64,000 nucleotides of DNA from Gemmatimonadota bacterium (GCA_039584685.1 JBDGXI010000002.1:4184-68183); one strand, 5' to 3'. Positions 8,493 to 19,736 are shown, numbered from the stretch's first letter. Numbers and translations: made by a program. Notes: a model not told the origin generated them from the letters alone.

Positions 8493-10589
8493 ATGGCACA
8501 CAGGATTGAGAAGGAATTCGCGGGCCGGAAGCTGATCCTCGAGACGGGTCGCATGGCGCGGCAGGCGGATGGGGCGATTTTGGCCCAGTACGGTGATACG
8601 GTGGTGCTGGTGACGGCGATGGCGGAACGGAAGCAGTCCCGCATGCCGTTCTTCCCACTTACCGTCGAGTACCGGGCCAAGACCTACGCGGCCGGGAAGT
8701 TCCCGGGCGGGTTCATCAAGCGCGAGGGACGACCCAGCGACAAGGAGACGGTCTCTGCACGGCAGATCGATCGTCCGCTGAGGCCTCTGTTCCCCTCCGA
8801 CTACCAGAACGAGACGCAGGTGGCCTGTTTCATCATCTCGGCGGATCAGGAAAATGATGCGGACGTGCTCGGAATGCTCGGCGCCTCGGCGGCCCTGACG
8901 ATCTCGCCGATTCCATGGGGCGGTCCGATCGCGGGTGTCCGCGTGGGTCGTGTTTCCGGTGAGTGGGTGATCAACCCCACGTTCGAGCAGCTCGAGTACT
9001 CCGACATGGACATCGTGGTTGCCGGCACCGATGAATCGATCGTGATGGTCGAGGGTGCTGCGGTCGAAATCAGCGAGGACGAGCTGGTCTCTGCCCTGGA
9101 GGTGTCGCACAAGGCGATTCGTGAGCTGATCGCGATTCAGCATGAGCTCGTGCGGATGATTGGCGGACCGCCGCAGAAGTTCGAGTACCCGCCGAAGAGC
9201 GTGTCGCCCGATTTCGATGCAGCGGTTAGGGACAGGGCGGCGAGCAAGGTCGAGGAGGCCCTGGCGCTTCCGAACAAGGAAGAGCGTAACCAGGCTCTGT
9301 CGGCACTCCGGGAGTCCGTGACGGCGGACCTGCAGGACGAGGAGAGCTTCGCGGAGCACCTCGACGACCTGTCGAGCGTGATGAGGAAGCTCGAGAAGGA
9401 GACGATGCGCCGTCAGATCCTGGAGCGCGACGAGCGCGTCGACGGGCGGGGACTGGACGACATTCGTCCGATCTCGGCCGACGTAGGCATCCTGCCGCGC
9501 ACGCATGGCTCTGCTCTGTTTACACGAGGTCAGACGCAGGCGCTCTGCGTGGCTACGCTCGGAACCATCAGGGACGAGCAGCGCATCGACTCGATCGACG
9601 TGCGTGAGGAAACGTCGAAGTCGTTCATGCTTCACTACAACTTCCCGTCGTTCTCCGTCGGCGAGGTGCGCCCGTTCAGGGGCCCTGGCCGGAGGGAGAT
9701 CGGGCACGGTATGCTGGCAGAGAGGGCTCTTCAGTCTCTGCTGCCTGCCTATGACGAGTTTCCGTACACCATCCGGATCGTCTCCGACATCCTGGAGTCG
9801 AACGGCTCCAGCTCGATGGCGACCGTGTGCGGAGGATCCCTGGCGCTGATGGACGCAGGTGTCCCGCTTCGTGGCCCGTGTGCCGGCGTGGCCATGGGCC
9901 TCGTCAAGGAGGGCGACTCGGTCGCTATTCTCACGGACATCCTCGGAATCGAGGACGCGCTGGGCGACATGGACTTCAAGGTCGCCGGCACGTCGGATGG
10001 CATCACCGCGATCCAGATGGACATCAAGATCGACGGACTGAGTCTCGACACGATGCGAGAGGCCTTAGGGAAGGCCCGAGAGGGACGGCTGCACATCCTC
10101 GAAGTCATGCAGCAGACGCTCGGCACGCCCCGATCGGAGATGTCCCAGTACGCTCCGCGGATCATGACGATCCAGATCAATCCCGAGAAGATCGGAGAGG
10201 TCATCGGTCCCAAGGGCAAGACGATTCGGAGCATCCAGGAGCAGACCGGAGCCCAGATCAACATCGAGGATACGGGCGTCGTCACCGTCTCTTCCGTGTC
10301 TGGCGAAGCCGCGGAGAATGCCCGGGCGATGATCGAAGCGATCGTCGAGGAGCCCGAGGTCGGGCGCATATACGAGGGCGTCGTCAAGAACACGACCACG
10401 TTCGGGGCCTTCGTGGAGATCATTCCGGGTACCGAGGGGTTGTGCCATATCTCGGAGCTCGAGGACGGGCGTACCGAGAAGACGGAGGACGTGGTGCAGC
10501 CTGGAGACGTGGTACAGGTCAAACTGCTGGCGGTCGACGAACGGGGACGGCTCAAGCTGTCGCGCCGGGCGGCGATGTCTGCGGGCTGA
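8493..10589 (+). CDS. pnp: Polyribonucleotide nucleotidyltransferase
   Basis: FFPLTVEY, RTHGSALFTRGQTQ, ESNGSSSMA, GDMDFKVAG motifs; KH and S1 domains. Confidence 0.99.
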   Translation: MAHRIEKEFAGRKLILETGRMARQADGAILAQYGDTVVLVTAMAERKQSRMPFFPLTVEYRAKTYAAGKFPGGFIKREGRPSDKETVSARQIDRPLRPLFPSDYQNETQVACFIISADQENDADVLGMLGASAALTISPIPWGGPIAGVRVGRVSGEWVINPTFEQLEYSDMDIVVAGTDESIVMVEGAAVEISEDELVSALEVSHKAIRELIAIQHELVRMIGGPPQKFEYPPKSVSPDFDAAVRDRAASKVEEALALPNKEERNQALSALRESVTADLQDEESFAEHLDDLSSVMRKLEKETMRRQILERDERVDGRGLDDIRPISADVGILPRTHGSALFTRGQTQALCVATLGTIRDEQRIDSIDVREETSKSFMLHYNFPSFSVGEVRPFRGPGRREIGHGMLAERALQSLLPAYDEFPYTIRIVSDILESNGSSSMATVCGGSLALMDAGVPLRGPCAGVAMGLVKEGDSVAILTDILGIEDALGDMDFKVAGTSDGITAIQMDIKIDGLSLDTMREALGKAREGRLHILEVMQQTLGTPRSEMSQYAPRIMTIQINPEKIGEVIGPKGKTIRSIQEQTGAQINIEDTGVVTVSSVSGEAAENARAMIEAIVEEPEVGRIYEGVVKNTTTFGAFVEIIPGTEGLCHISELEDGRTEKTEDVVQPGDVVQVKLLAVDERGRLKLSRRAAMSAG

Positions 10590-10638
10590 GCCCGATGCCC
10601 GTCCGCGTCGACCGCCGACCCCGCCACCCGGGGGTGCC

Positions 10639-11910
10639 GTGAGGTCGACGGGCGACCACGTAGCGAAGACGGAGCGTCTGGACCGCGAGGTCCGGCGCTC
10701 CGTTCTGCCATCCGGCACCGTCGTGTTGTCGGAGCGGATGGAATCGGTACGTTCGATTGCCGCCGGAGTCTGGGTGCGGCGCGGGACGGCCCAAGAGCAA
10801 CCCGAACGCAGGGGGATCGCTCACCTCCTCGAGCACATGGTCTTCAAGGGCACGGGGCGGCGGTCGGCGCAGCAGATTGCGGCGGCGGTCGAGATCACCG
10901 GCGGGTCGCTCGACGCCTACACGACGCACGAGCACACCTCGTTCCAGGTGCGTGTCCCCTCGGACCACATGGCGACGGGCCTGGATGTGCTGTCGGACCT
11001 CGTCTTCTCGCCGTCGCTTCGGGAGGAGGACCTGCGACTTGAGAGGGAGGTGGTCCTCGAAGAGATCGCCCGGACCGAGGAGACACCGGACGACCTGGTT
11101 TTCGAGCTTCATTCGGAGTTCCTATACGACGGCCACCCGTATGGCGCGCCGATTCTCGGCACCCCCGAGACGGTCGAGGCCGTAGACCTGGGTGATCTGC
11201 GACGACTGCACGGGCAAGCGTATCGCCCGGCGAACGTGGTGGTGGCCGTAGCGGGACAGGTCGATCACGACGATCTGCTGGACCGGGTACGTGACCTGTG
11301 GCCGGATTCGACCGGTGGGGAGCGCCTGACTGACGTTCCTCCTCTTACCTCCACGGTCTCCGGGGCGAAAGTGGTGCGACGCCCTGGCGGGCGGCAGGTG
11401 CACCTGGTGGCTGGAGGCCGGGGACTCGACCACAAGAGCTCGCTCCGGCATGCAGCCATCGTGGTCGGACAGGCTCTGGGAGGCGGGATGACGTCGCGGC
11501 TGTTCCAGAGGGTTCGCGAACAGCTGGGGCTGGCATACTCCGTATTCTCGTTCCAGTCGTTCTACGCTCGCGGAGGCCACGTCGGCGCCTACCTCGGCAC
11601 TCGGCCCGAGACGGCCGCCGCCGCCCGTGAGGCTCTGCTCGAAGAGCTTCGGCAGCTCAGTGACGTGGGGCTTTCCGCGACCGAGCTCGCCCGGATGAAG
11701 GAGCAGATCAAGGGGCAGATCCTCCTGTCGCTCGAGTCGCCCGCCGCACGCATGCACCGACTCGCGGCCATGGATCTGTACGAGGAACCGTACCGGAATC
11801 TGGATGAGCTCGTCGGGCTGATCGATCGGATCGGACTCGACGAAGCGGCGGAGGCCTCGAGGCTGTATGATCCGGAGGGGGTAGCGGTGCTGGAACTGTG
11901 GCCCGCATAA
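10639..11910 (+). CDS. M16 (pitrilysin) family zinc peptidase
   Basis: HLLEHMVFKGT inverted zinc motif and GGGMTSRLFQRVRE.GLAYSV; typical position after pnp. Confidence 0.95.
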   Translation: MRSTGDHVAKTERLDREVRRSVLPSGTVVLSERMESVRSIAAGVWVRRGTAQEQPERRGIAHLLEHMVFKGTGRRSAQQIAAAVEITGGSLDAYTTHEHTSFQVRVPSDHMATGLDVLSDLVFSPSLREEDLRLEREVVLEEIARTEETPDDLVFELHSEFLYDGHPYGAPILGTPETVEAVDLGDLRRLHGQAYRPANVVVAVAGQVDHDDLLDRVRDLWPDSTGGERLTDVPPLTSTVSGAKVVRRPGGRQVHLVAGGRGLDHKSSLRHAAIVVGQALGGGMTSRLFQRVREQLGLAYSVFSFQSFYARGGHVGAYLGTRPETAAAAREALLEELRQLSDVGLSATELARMKEQIKGQILLSLESPAARMHRLAAMDLYEEPYRNLDELVGLIDRIGLDEAAEASRLYDPEGVAVLELWPA

Positions 11911-12023
11911 TCTCCTCGGGCGGGTTCAACCGCTCTTTTCCGGTGTCTTCCCGGGCGCCGCTTCGGCCAGGCGGGCCTCCCGGTCCGAATGGCCCCCGAA
12001 AGAACTGAAAAAGGAGCTGCACC

Positions 12024-13136
12024 ATGATCGTGGGGGTTCCGAAGGAGATCAAATCGCACGAGAACCGCATCGCGGTGGTTCCCGGCGGAGTAGAGACATT
12101 GGTGGCCGAGGGGCATCAGGTGCTGGTCGAGAAGGGCGGCGGTCTCGGAAGCGGATTCGACGACGCCGCGTACGCTGCCGTCGGAGGCGAGATAGTGGCG
12201 GACGTGGACGACCTGTGGGCGCGCGCGGACATGATCGTCAAGGTCAAGGAACCGATTGCGCCGGAGTACGACAGGATTCGGGAGGGACAGGTCCTGTTCA
12301 CGTATTTCCATTTCGCGGCGGATGAGACTCTTACTCGTACCATCCTGGAGCGGAAGTGCGTGGCCATCGCGTACGAGACGGTTCAGCTCGAAACCGGCGA
12401 GTTGCCGCTCCTGACGCCGATGTCGGAGGTCGCGGGCCGCATGGCGGTCCAGGAGGGCGCCAAGTACCTGGAGAAGAACCAGGGTGGCTGTGGAGTCCTC
12501 CTGGGTGGCGTCCCGGGAGTCCTGCCAGCCGAGGTCGTCATCCTCGGAGGGGGCGTCGTCGGCACGAACGCCGCGTGGATCGCCGCCGGGTTCGGGGCAC
12601 ACGTCACGATCCTCGACCTCGACCTGGACCGCTTGCGCTACCTCGCCGACGTCATGCCCGCGAACGTGGACACGTTGTTTTACACTCGGCGCAATATCCT
12701 AGAGCAGATTGCGCGGGCGGACCTCCTCATCGGTGCCGTCCTCCTGCCGGGAGCGAAGGCGCCGAGCCTGGTCCTGAAGGACGACCTCAAGCTGATGAAA
12801 GATGGCTCTGTCATCGCCGACGTGGCGGTCGACCAGGGCGGCTGCGTGGAAACGGTCAAGCCCACCACGCACGATGACCCGATCTACGTAGTCGAGGGCG
12901 TGATCCACTATTGCGTAGCCAACATGCCGGGGGCCGTACCGAGGACCTCCACGCTGGCCCTGACGAATGCCACTTCGCCCTACATGATCGCGCTGGCGAA
13001 CAAGGGCTGGGTCCGGGCGTGCCAGGACGATCCGTCCCTGGCGCTCGGCGTGAACGCCGTGGACGGGAAGCTCACCTACGCTGCAGTCGGTGAGGCGTTC
13101 GGCATCCCGAGCGTTCACGTTTCGCAGGTGCTGTAG
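12024..13136 (+). CDS. ald: Alanine dehydrogenase
   Basis: [46 protein letters not shown] motifs. Confidence 0.98.
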   Translation: MIVGVPKEIKSHENRIAVVPGGVETLVAEGHQVLVEKGGGLGSGFDDAAYAAVGGEIVADVDDLWARADMIVKVKEPIAPEYDRIREGQVLFTYFHFAADETLTRTILERKCVAIAYETVQLETGELPLLTPMSEVAGRMAVQEGAKYLEKNQGGCGVLLGGVPGVLPAEVVILGGGVVGTNAAWIAAGFGAHVTILDLDLDRLRYLADVMPANVDTLFYTRRNILEQIARADLLIGAVLLPGAKAPSLVLKDDLKLMKDGSVIADVAVDQGGCVETVKPTTHDDPIYVVEGVIHYCVANMPGAVPRTSTLALTNATSPYMIALANKGWVRACQDDPSLALGVNAVDGKLTYAAVGEAFGIPSVHVSQVL

Positions 13137-13285
13137 CCACGGAGCGGGTCCGGCTGGACTCCGCCTTTCGTCCGTTGGAGGCGGAGTCTACATTCCCGGA
13201 TCGGTGGCCCGACCTTTGCACGTCTACCCGCGGAAATGAGGGCGTGTGCGCTCCAGTCTCTCGATGATCCTGAACGGAACAGGCG

Positions 13286-14320
13286 ATGTGGAAACGTCTT
13301 CTCAAAGGTAGCTTCCTACCGATCAACGACGTGGGCGTCGATCTCGGCACTGCCAATACGCTGGTTTACGTGGCAGGCGAAGGGATCGTACTCAATGAGC
13401 CCTCGGTCGTGGCCGTCGAGAAGAGTACCGGCCGCATCATGGGGATCGGGCTCGAGGCGAAGCGCATGCTGGGTCGCACTCCGCACGGCGTAGAGGCAGT
13501 TCGCCCGCTGAAGGACGGCGTGATCGCGGACGTGGACATCACCGAGATCATGCTACGCTATTTCCTGAAGACCGTCACGGCGGACCGGGTGTTCAAGGTG
13601 CGGCCCCGCGTCGTGGTCGGGGTGCCGTCCGGGATCACGGAGCTGGAACGCCGGGCGGTTCGGTCCAGCGCGCATGCGGCGGGCGCGAAAGAGGTCTACA
13701 TGGTGTCCGAACCGATGGCCGCGGCGATCGGTGTGGGGCTCCCCGTGGAGACTCCCACTGGCAACATGGTGATCGACGTGGGCGGCGGCACGACGGAGAT
13801 CGCAGTCATCGCTCTCTCCGGCCTCGTCGCCGAGACGTCGATCCGTGTCGGCGGAGACGAGTTGGACGAGGCCATCGTGTCTTTCCTTCGCAAGAACTAC
13901 AACCTGCTCATCGGCGAACCCACGGCGGAGGCGATCAAGATCCAGATCGGCTCGGCCTATCCGACCGAGGAAGAGCGGGACATGAGCGTGAAGGGAAGAG
14001 ACCTGGTCTCGGGCATTCCCAAGACTGTGCGCGTCAACTCGGCCGAGGTCCGCGAGTGCATGTTGGAGCCGATCCAGCAGATCGTGGGTGCGGTGCGCCG
14101 GGCTCTGGAGATCACCCCACCCGAGCTGGCGGCCGACATCGTGGATCGCGGCATCGTCATGACGGGCGGCGGATCTCTCATCCGTGGCCTCGACAAGCTC
14201 CTCCGCGAGGAGACGGGCCTTCCGATTCACGTCGACGAAGAACCTCTGACCTGCGTGGTGAGGGGAACGGGCCGAGTCCTGGACGACATCCCGCGCTATC
14301 GGAGCGTGCTTACCACCTGA
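13286..14320 (+). CDS. mreB: Rod shape-determining protein MreB
   Basis: DLGTANT, EPMAAAIG, DVGGGTTE, TGGG motifs. Confidence 0.98.
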   Translation: MWKRLLKGSFLPINDVGVDLGTANTLVYVAGEGIVLNEPSVVAVEKSTGRIMGIGLEAKRMLGRTPHGVEAVRPLKDGVIADVDITEIMLRYFLKTVTADRVFKVRPRVVVGVPSGITELERRAVRSSAHAAGAKEVYMVSEPMAAAIGVGLPVETPTGNMVIDVGGGTTEIAVIALSGLVAETSIRVGGDELDEAIVSFLRKNYNLLIGEPTAEAIKIQIGSAYPTEEERDMSVKGRDLVSGIPKTVRVNSAEVRECMLEPIQQIVGAVRRALEITPPELAADIVDRGIVMTGGGSLIRGLDKLLREETGLPIHVDEEPLTCVVRGTGRVLDDIPRYRSVLTT

Positions 14321-14327
14321 GGAGGCG

Positions 14328-15221
14328 TTGCGGAATATCAACGTCGGCCGGCCTGAGAACCAACGACGTGACCTGGTCATCGTCGCGGTTCTTCTGATTC
14401 TCTCCTGGTCCCTCGCGGGCTTGGATTCCTCACAGGCACTGGGTCTCACCCGGCTGCTTAGAAGCACGATTCTGGCGCCTTTCCTGGCGGCTGACGCCGC
14501 GTACGAAAGGCGCGCCTCGCTTGTCATCCGGGCGGCGCAGCTGGAGGCCGAACGGGATGCGCTATACGTCAGACTGCAGGTGGCCACTGATCTCGAGAGG
14601 GAGAATCGAGAGCTCCGGACTCAGTTGTCGCTTCCGGATCGGGGTCCGGGATCGTTCATCGTCGCGGAACTCGTTCCCGGCCGGCCGTTGATCGGAGACT
14701 CGCATACGTTCCTCCTGCGCGGCGAATCCCTGACGGGAATCCAGGTTCCGACCGGAGTCAGCGTTCCGCTGGGGATCGTGGGCGTCCTGCGCTCGACATC
14801 GGGAGGCACCGGGTTGGGCGAGTTCTGGACGCACCCGGACTTCAGGGTCAGCGTCCGGTCGGCGACGGGAGGTGCGACCGGCATCGTGAGGTCCGTCGTG
14901 GGGGAGGGTGGCGAGACGCTGATGCTCGTGGAAGGGGTGCCCTACCAGGCACGAATGGCCGAGGGAGCGATCCTGGAAACGGCGGGCCTGGGAGGCGTGT
15001 TCCCGCCCGGGATTGTGGTCGGCACGGTGATCACCGAAGAGGATTCTCGGTCCGGCTGGTCCCACAGCTACCTGGTGGAGCCGGCCGTGCAACCGGGGGC
15101 GGTGCGGGCCGCGACTGCGTGGGATCGGTCGCAGGTCGAGCCGGTGCCTGCACTTCCCGATACATCAGCTCCGAGTCTGGACGGAGCTGAGTTGGAGGAG
15201 GCCGCGGGTGGCGAGCTCTAG
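14328..15221 (+). CDS. mreC: Rod shape-determining protein MreC
   Basis: N-terminal TM helix, coiled coil (LERENRELR), TAGLGGVFPPGIVVG motif; operon position. Confidence 0.9.
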   Translation: MRNINVGRPENQRRDLVIVAVLLILSWSLAGLDSSQALGLTRLLRSTILAPFLAADAAYERRASLVIRAAQLEAERDALYVRLQVATDLERENRELRTQLSLPDRGPGSFIVAELVPGRPLIGDSHTFLLRGESLTGIQVPTGVSVPLGIVGVLRSTSGGTGLGEFWTHPDFRVSVRSATGGATGIVRSVVGEGGETLMLVEGVPYQARMAEGAILETAGLGGVFPPGIVVGTVITEEDSRSGWSHSYLVEPAVQPGAVRAATAWDRSQVEPVPALPDTSAPSLDGAELEEAAGGEL

Positions 15222-15687
15222 ACGTGGTTGGAGCCCGGACGCCGTCGTCGTCGTGGCGCTCATCGTCCTGCACTTCACGCTGTACCGGTTCTTCGTCCAG
15301 TGGCCGGCATTGCCGAATTTCATGATCGGAGGCCTGCTTCTCGCGGCTCTTCGCCTGCGCGCCGGATACGCCGCTTTCCTCGGCTTCAGCCTGGGCGTGC
15401 TCGAAGCGGCGATGGCGCTGGCGGGGTTGGGCACGATATCGATCGTTCTTACGGTCGTAGGCTACCTGGCCGCGCGGTCGCGCGACCTCTTGTTTGCCGA
15501 TGCCCGGTACTACGTCTTCATCTATCTGTTCGTGGGTACGTGGGCCGCCGAGATGCTACTCATGCTGGCCATGCCCGGGGGACCGGGAGTCCTGGGTGGT
15601 TTCGTGCTGGCACCGATTAGCGCCGTCGGTACGGCTGCCGTGTGCGGCGCGGCGGAGCGCGCGGCCGCGGCCCTGCGCCGACCGTGA
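15208..15687 (+). CDS. mreD: Rod shape-determining protein MreD
   Basis: 159-aa polytopic membrane protein between mreC and mrdA. Confidence 0.8.
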   Translation: MASSRRGWSPDAVVVVALIVLHFTLYRFFVQWPALPNFMIGGLLLAALRLRAGYAAFLGFSLGVLEAAMALAGLGTISIVLTVVGYLAARSRDLLFADARYYVFIYLFVGTWAAEMLLMLAMPGGPGVLGGFVLAPISAVGTAAVCGAAERAAAALRRP

Positions 15688-15694
15688 TCGACCG

Positions 15695-17548
15695 ATGACC
15701 GGAGGGGAAGCCGTTCGGCTGAGTCGAGTGCGACGCGCGCGCGCCGCCGCGGCACTTCTGATCGTCGTGATCCTGATCCTGGCTGCCGCCTTCTTCCGTC
15801 TGCAGGTACTCGGAGGAGGCTCCTACGAACTGCAGTCCCGAAACAACCGACTACGACCGATTCCCATACCGGCAGCCAGGGGAGCGATATACGACCGGCA
15901 CGGGGAGCTCCTCGCGGAGAGCATTCCGGGATACTCGCTGTCCCTTCTGTCTTCGCCGCCCGATTCCGCCCGGGCCACCCTGGAGCGACTGTCTCCGTAT
16001 CTGGGCCTCGATTCGATCGGTATCGACAAGATCCTCGAGCGCCGTCGCCGCAACCCGCAGCTCCCGGTGCTGGTGCGGGACGACCTGAGTTTCGATCAGG
16101 TGGCGGCCGTGGAGGAGCGGCGCCCCGAGTTTCGCCTGGTCGTGATCGAGACACATCCCCGGCGCCGCTATCCGGCGGGACCCGTGGTGGCCCATGTGAT
16201 CGGCTATGTGGGCGAGATAAGCGAGGCGGAACTCGACAGCGATGAGTTCGTCGAATACGAGGCCGCCCGCATCGTCGGCAAGGAGGGAATCGAACGGTCG
16301 TACGAGTCCGTGCTGGCCGGAGCCGCCGGGACCCGGTACGTAGAGGTCAACGCGCGCGGTTCCATCGTGCGTGACTTTCCCTCGGAGCTCGAGCGCTCCG
16401 CCCAGCCGGGGACGGACCTGACGTTGACGCTGGATCTGGCCCTGCAGCAATTCGCCGATTCGATCTTCCCGCAGGGTGATCGAGGCGCAGTCGTGGCGCT
16501 GGACCCGCGAAACGGAGAGGTCCTCGTTCTTTCCAGCCAGCCGAGCTTCGATCCGAACCTGTTCGTCGGAGGGATCAGCGAGCTCGACTGGGCGTCGATT
16601 CGGGATGACCCGGGGCAACCGATCCTCAATCGGGCCGCGGCCGCGCTGTATCCACCGGGCTCGACATGGAAGCTCGTGCTCGCGACTCTGGCGATGCGTG
16701 GGGGCTCGGTGGACATCGATACGTACATGCCCACGTCGTGCCGGGGCGCCCTTCAGTACGGCAACAGGGCTTTCCGATGCTGGAGGCCGGAAGGTCACGG
16801 GCCTCTCGACCTATCCGGAGCGATCAAGGAGAGCTGCAACGTCTTCTTCTACCAGGTGGGCCTTCGCGTGGGGCTCGATCCCATCCTCGAGGGAGTGAAC
16901 GGACTCGGCTTCAACCAGGCCACCGGGCTGGATATTCCGGGTGAAATTTCAGGCCGATTCCCTCCGTCCCGGGATTGGTACGACCAGAGATTCGGGAGAA
17001 GGGGTTGGACGGAGTCGGTGATCTTGAACCTGTCGATCGGACAGGGCGAGACCGAGCAGTCGCTCCTGCGCATGGCACAGTTCTATTCGGCGCTCGCCAC
17101 CGGTCAATCGCCGGTCGTGCCGCACCTTCTGCGATCCGAGGTCCTGGAGCGTGTGCGCGAGAACTGGACGCTGGACCTGCCGGAGGCGCGAAGACAGGGG
17201 CTCGTAGGGGCGCTCACGCGGGTGGTCAACGAGCCGGGAGGGACCGCGTACTGGCACAGACCGCGCGAGTGGACCCTGGCGGGCAAGACGGGCACGGCCC
17301 AGAACCCACACGGCGAGCCGCACTCGTGGTTCGTCGGATTCGCCCCGGTGGAGGATCCCCGCATCGTGATAGCGGCCATCGTGGAAAACGGGCATCCCGA
17401 CGACCGGACATCGCGTGCGGTGCCGCTAGCTTCGGAGATCGTGTCTCGGTATCTGAGGAGTGAAGGGGTCCCGCCCGACCGGCCGCTGGAGGGGCAGGCC
17501 CAGATGCCGCCTGCCGGTGTTGCAGGCACCGCGGGGGGCACCCGATGA
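15695..17548 (+). CDS. mrdA: Penicillin-binding protein 2
   Basis: YPPGSTWK (SxxK), SCN (SxN), KTGTAQ motifs; N-terminal TM. Start taken at ATG 15695. Confidence 0.96.
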   Translation: MTGGEAVRLSRVRRARAAAALLIVVILILAAAFFRLQVLGGGSYELQSRNNRLRPIPIPAARGAIYDRHGELLAESIPGYSLSLLSSPPDSARATLERLSPYLGLDSIGIDKILERRRRNPQLPVLVRDDLSFDQVAAVEERRPEFRLVVIETHPRRRYPAGPVVAHVIGYVGEISEAELDSDEFVEYEAARIVGKEGIERSYESVLAGAAGTRYVEVNARGSIVRDFPSELERSAQPGTDLTLTLDLALQQFADSIFPQGDRGAVVALDPRNGEVLVLSSQPSFDPNLFVGGISELDWASIRDDPGQPILNRAAAALYPPGSTWKLVLATLAMRGGSVDIDTYMPTSCRGALQYGNRAFRCWRPEGHGPLDLSGAIKESCNVFFYQVGLRVGLDPILEGVNGLGFNQATGLDIPGEISGRFPPSRDWYDQRFGRRGWTESVILNLSIGQGETEQSLLRMAQFYSALATGQSPVVPHLLRSEVLERVRENWTLDLPEARRQGLVGALTRVVNEPGGTAYWHRPREWTLAGKTGTAQNPHGEPHSWFVGFAPVEDPRIVIAAIVENGHPDDRTSRAVPLASEIVSRYLRSEGVPPDRPLEGQAQMPPAGVAGTAGGTR

Positions 17549-18768
17549 GGCGGGATCGGGGATCCACTCTGATTGGACTGGGCGACCCGGTGTTGCTCGG
17601 CTCGGGTCTGATCCTCGCCGCTCTCGGCATCGGGATGATCTGGTCGGCGGGCCAGGTGGACCTGCCGTCACTGGTGACGGGGGCGTGGACCCGCCAGCTC
17701 GTGTGGCTGTGCCTTTCGCTCCTCGCTTTCGCCATCGTGATCAGGGTGCCGATGCGCTGGCTGGAGTGGGCCACTCCCTGGGTGTATGCGTTTTCGATCA
17801 TCCTCCTGCTGGCCGTGCTGGCCGTGGGCAGCGGACCAAACACCCGCAGCTGGCTTCGCATTGCGGGCTTCTCGTTCCAGCCGGCCGAGCTGGCGAAGCT
17901 GGCGACGATTCTGCTGCTCGCGAGGTTGCTGGGATCACGCAAGGAGCCGCAGACGAGACTGTTCGATCTCTGGAAGCCGGTTCTAGCGGTCGTCGCGCCG
18001 TTCATCTTGGTCATGGCACAGCCGGACCTCGGGAGCGCCCTGATCTTCGTAGTGATTCTGGTGGCAGCCCTGTTCTGGGCGGGCATCCCGCTGTTCACCA
18101 TCTTCATGCTGGTCAGTCCTGGAGTGAGCCTCGTCCTCGGCTTTTCGGCCGCCGTGTGGGGCGTCTGGTTCGTGATCGTGATGGCGGGGCTTTACCTGCG
18201 TGGCCCATTCATGGCTGAAGCCGTTGCCGTAGCACTGGCGAACCTCGCCGCCGGGGCGCTTGCCACTCCGCTGTGGAATCGGCTCGCCCCGTATCAGCAG
18301 CGTCGGCTGCTGGTCTTCCTCGATCCGGAGGTCGACCCGCGAGGCGCGGGCTGGCACCTCATCCAGTCGAAGGTCGCGATCGGCTCGGGTGGCGTGACGG
18401 GACAGGGATTCGGGCAGGGGCCGCAGAAGCGGCTGGCCTTTCTCCCCGAGCAGCACACCGACTTCATCTTTTCGGTGGTCGGCGAGGAGCTGGGCCTGAT
18501 CGGGGTGTTCGCATTCCTGGCTCTTCTTGCCTGGTTCCTCAGGCGAGTGCTGAGAGTCGCCGCAGAGTCGACCCAGGGATTTGGAAGCCTGGTCGTGTTC
18601 TGTTTCTTCGCCGTCTGGTTTGCTCACCTCGGGATCAACGTGGGAATGACCGTGGGCCTGATGCCCGTGACGGGCCTGCCTCTTCCGTTCATCAGCTACG
18701 GTGGATCGTTTCTTCTGACGACCTTCGTGGGCCTGGCGCTCGTGTGCCGCGTGGCATATGAGACCTGA
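17545..18768 (+). CDS. rodA: Rod shape-determining protein RodA (SEDS)
   Basis: FQPAELAK, QPDLGSA, LPEQHTDFIFS, PVTGLPLPFISYGGS motifs. Confidence 0.96.
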   Translation: MRRDRGSTLIGLGDPVLLGSGLILAALGIGMIWSAGQVDLPSLVTGAWTRQLVWLCLSLLAFAIVIRVPMRWLEWATPWVYAFSIILLLAVLAVGSGPNTRSWLRIAGFSFQPAELAKLATILLLARLLGSRKEPQTRLFDLWKPVLAVVAPFILVMAQPDLGSALIFVVILVAALFWAGIPLFTIFMLVSPGVSLVLGFSAAVWGVWFVIVMAGLYLRGPFMAEAVAVALANLAAGALATPLWNRLAPYQQRRLLVFLDPEVDPRGAGWHLIQSKVAIGSGGVTGQGFGQGPQKRLAFLPEQHTDFIFSVVGEELGLIGVFAFLALLAWFLRRVLRVAAESTQGFGSLVVFCFFAVWFAHLGINVGMTVGLMPVTGLPLPFISYGGSFLLTTFVGLALVCRVAYET

Positions 18769-18859
18769 CGATCTGGAGAGCGCTGCCGGCCAGGGGTCGC
18801 CGTGGCTGCGGCTCCGGTTATATTCCTGCTCGCCTGTGTAACGGTTAGAGCGAGGACGA

Positions 18860-19693
18860 ATGGCCTGGTTCCGGAAGGAAAAGCAGAAGCTCGTCGCCCA
18901 AAAGCGGGAACTCGCAGCCGACGTATGGGAGAAGTGCGACGGCTGCGGAGAGGCGCTGTACACGCGCCGACTCGAGGAGAACCACCGCGTGTGCCCGGAA
19001 TGTGGTCACCATTTCCGCATCTCGGCGCCGCAGTATGCGGACCTCCTGTTCGACGACGGACTTGCGGAGGAGTTCGACGCGGACCTTCGGTCAGCCGATC
19101 CCCTGGGGTTCGTCGACTCCAAGCCATACCGCGTCCGGATCGAAGAGGCTGAACAGAAAGTCGGGAGGTATGATGCAGTCCTGACCGGGGCCGGGCGCAT
19201 CGAGGGCCGAGACGTGTGTGCTGGGATCATGGACTTCGGGTTCATCGGGGGCTCGATGGGGTCCGTGGTCGGAGAGAAGATCGCGCGCATGGTCGAGCGG
19301 GGGGTCGAGCGGTCGAGTCCCGTGCTCATCGTGTCGGCCTCGGGTGGGGCGAGGATGCAGGAGGGCATCTTCTCGCTCATGCAGCTCGCCAAGACGTCCG
19401 CGGCACTCCAGCGTCTCGCAGCGGCCGGCCTCCCATACATCAGCATTCTCACCCACCCGACGACCGGGGGAGTCACTGCGAGCTTCGCCATGCTGGGCGA
19501 CGTGAACCTGGCGGAGCCGGATGCCTTGATCGGTTTCGCGGGGCCTCGGGTGATCAAGGAAACGATCCGGCAGGATCTTCCCGATGGATTCCAACGGTCA
19601 GAGTTTCTGCGCGACCACGGAATGGTGGATCGGATTGTGCCGCGCGGAGAGATGCGCGACACCGTCGCGCTGCTCCTCCACCACATGAGCTGA
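18860..19693 (+). CDS. accD: Acetyl-CoA carboxylase carboxyltransferase beta subunit
   Basis: CxxC...CxxC zinc finger; GGSMGSVVGEK, SGGARMQEG, GFAGPRVI motifs. Confidence 0.98.
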   Translation: MAWFRKEKQKLVAQKRELAADVWEKCDGCGEALYTRRLEENHRVCPECGHHFRISAPQYADLLFDDGLAEEFDADLRSADPLGFVDSKPYRVRIEEAEQKVGRYDAVLTGAGRIEGRDVCAGIMDFGFIGGSMGSVVGEKIARMVERGVERSSPVLIVSASGGARMQEGIFSLMQLAKTSAALQRLAAAGLPYISILTHPTTGGVTASFAMLGDVNLAEPDALIGFAGPRVIKETIRQDLPDGFQRSEFLRDHGMVDRIVPRGEMRDTVALLLHHMS

Positions 19694-19736
19694 GCGGGCC
19701 GGGATCCTCACCGGCTGCGCCTTCCTGGACCCACCG

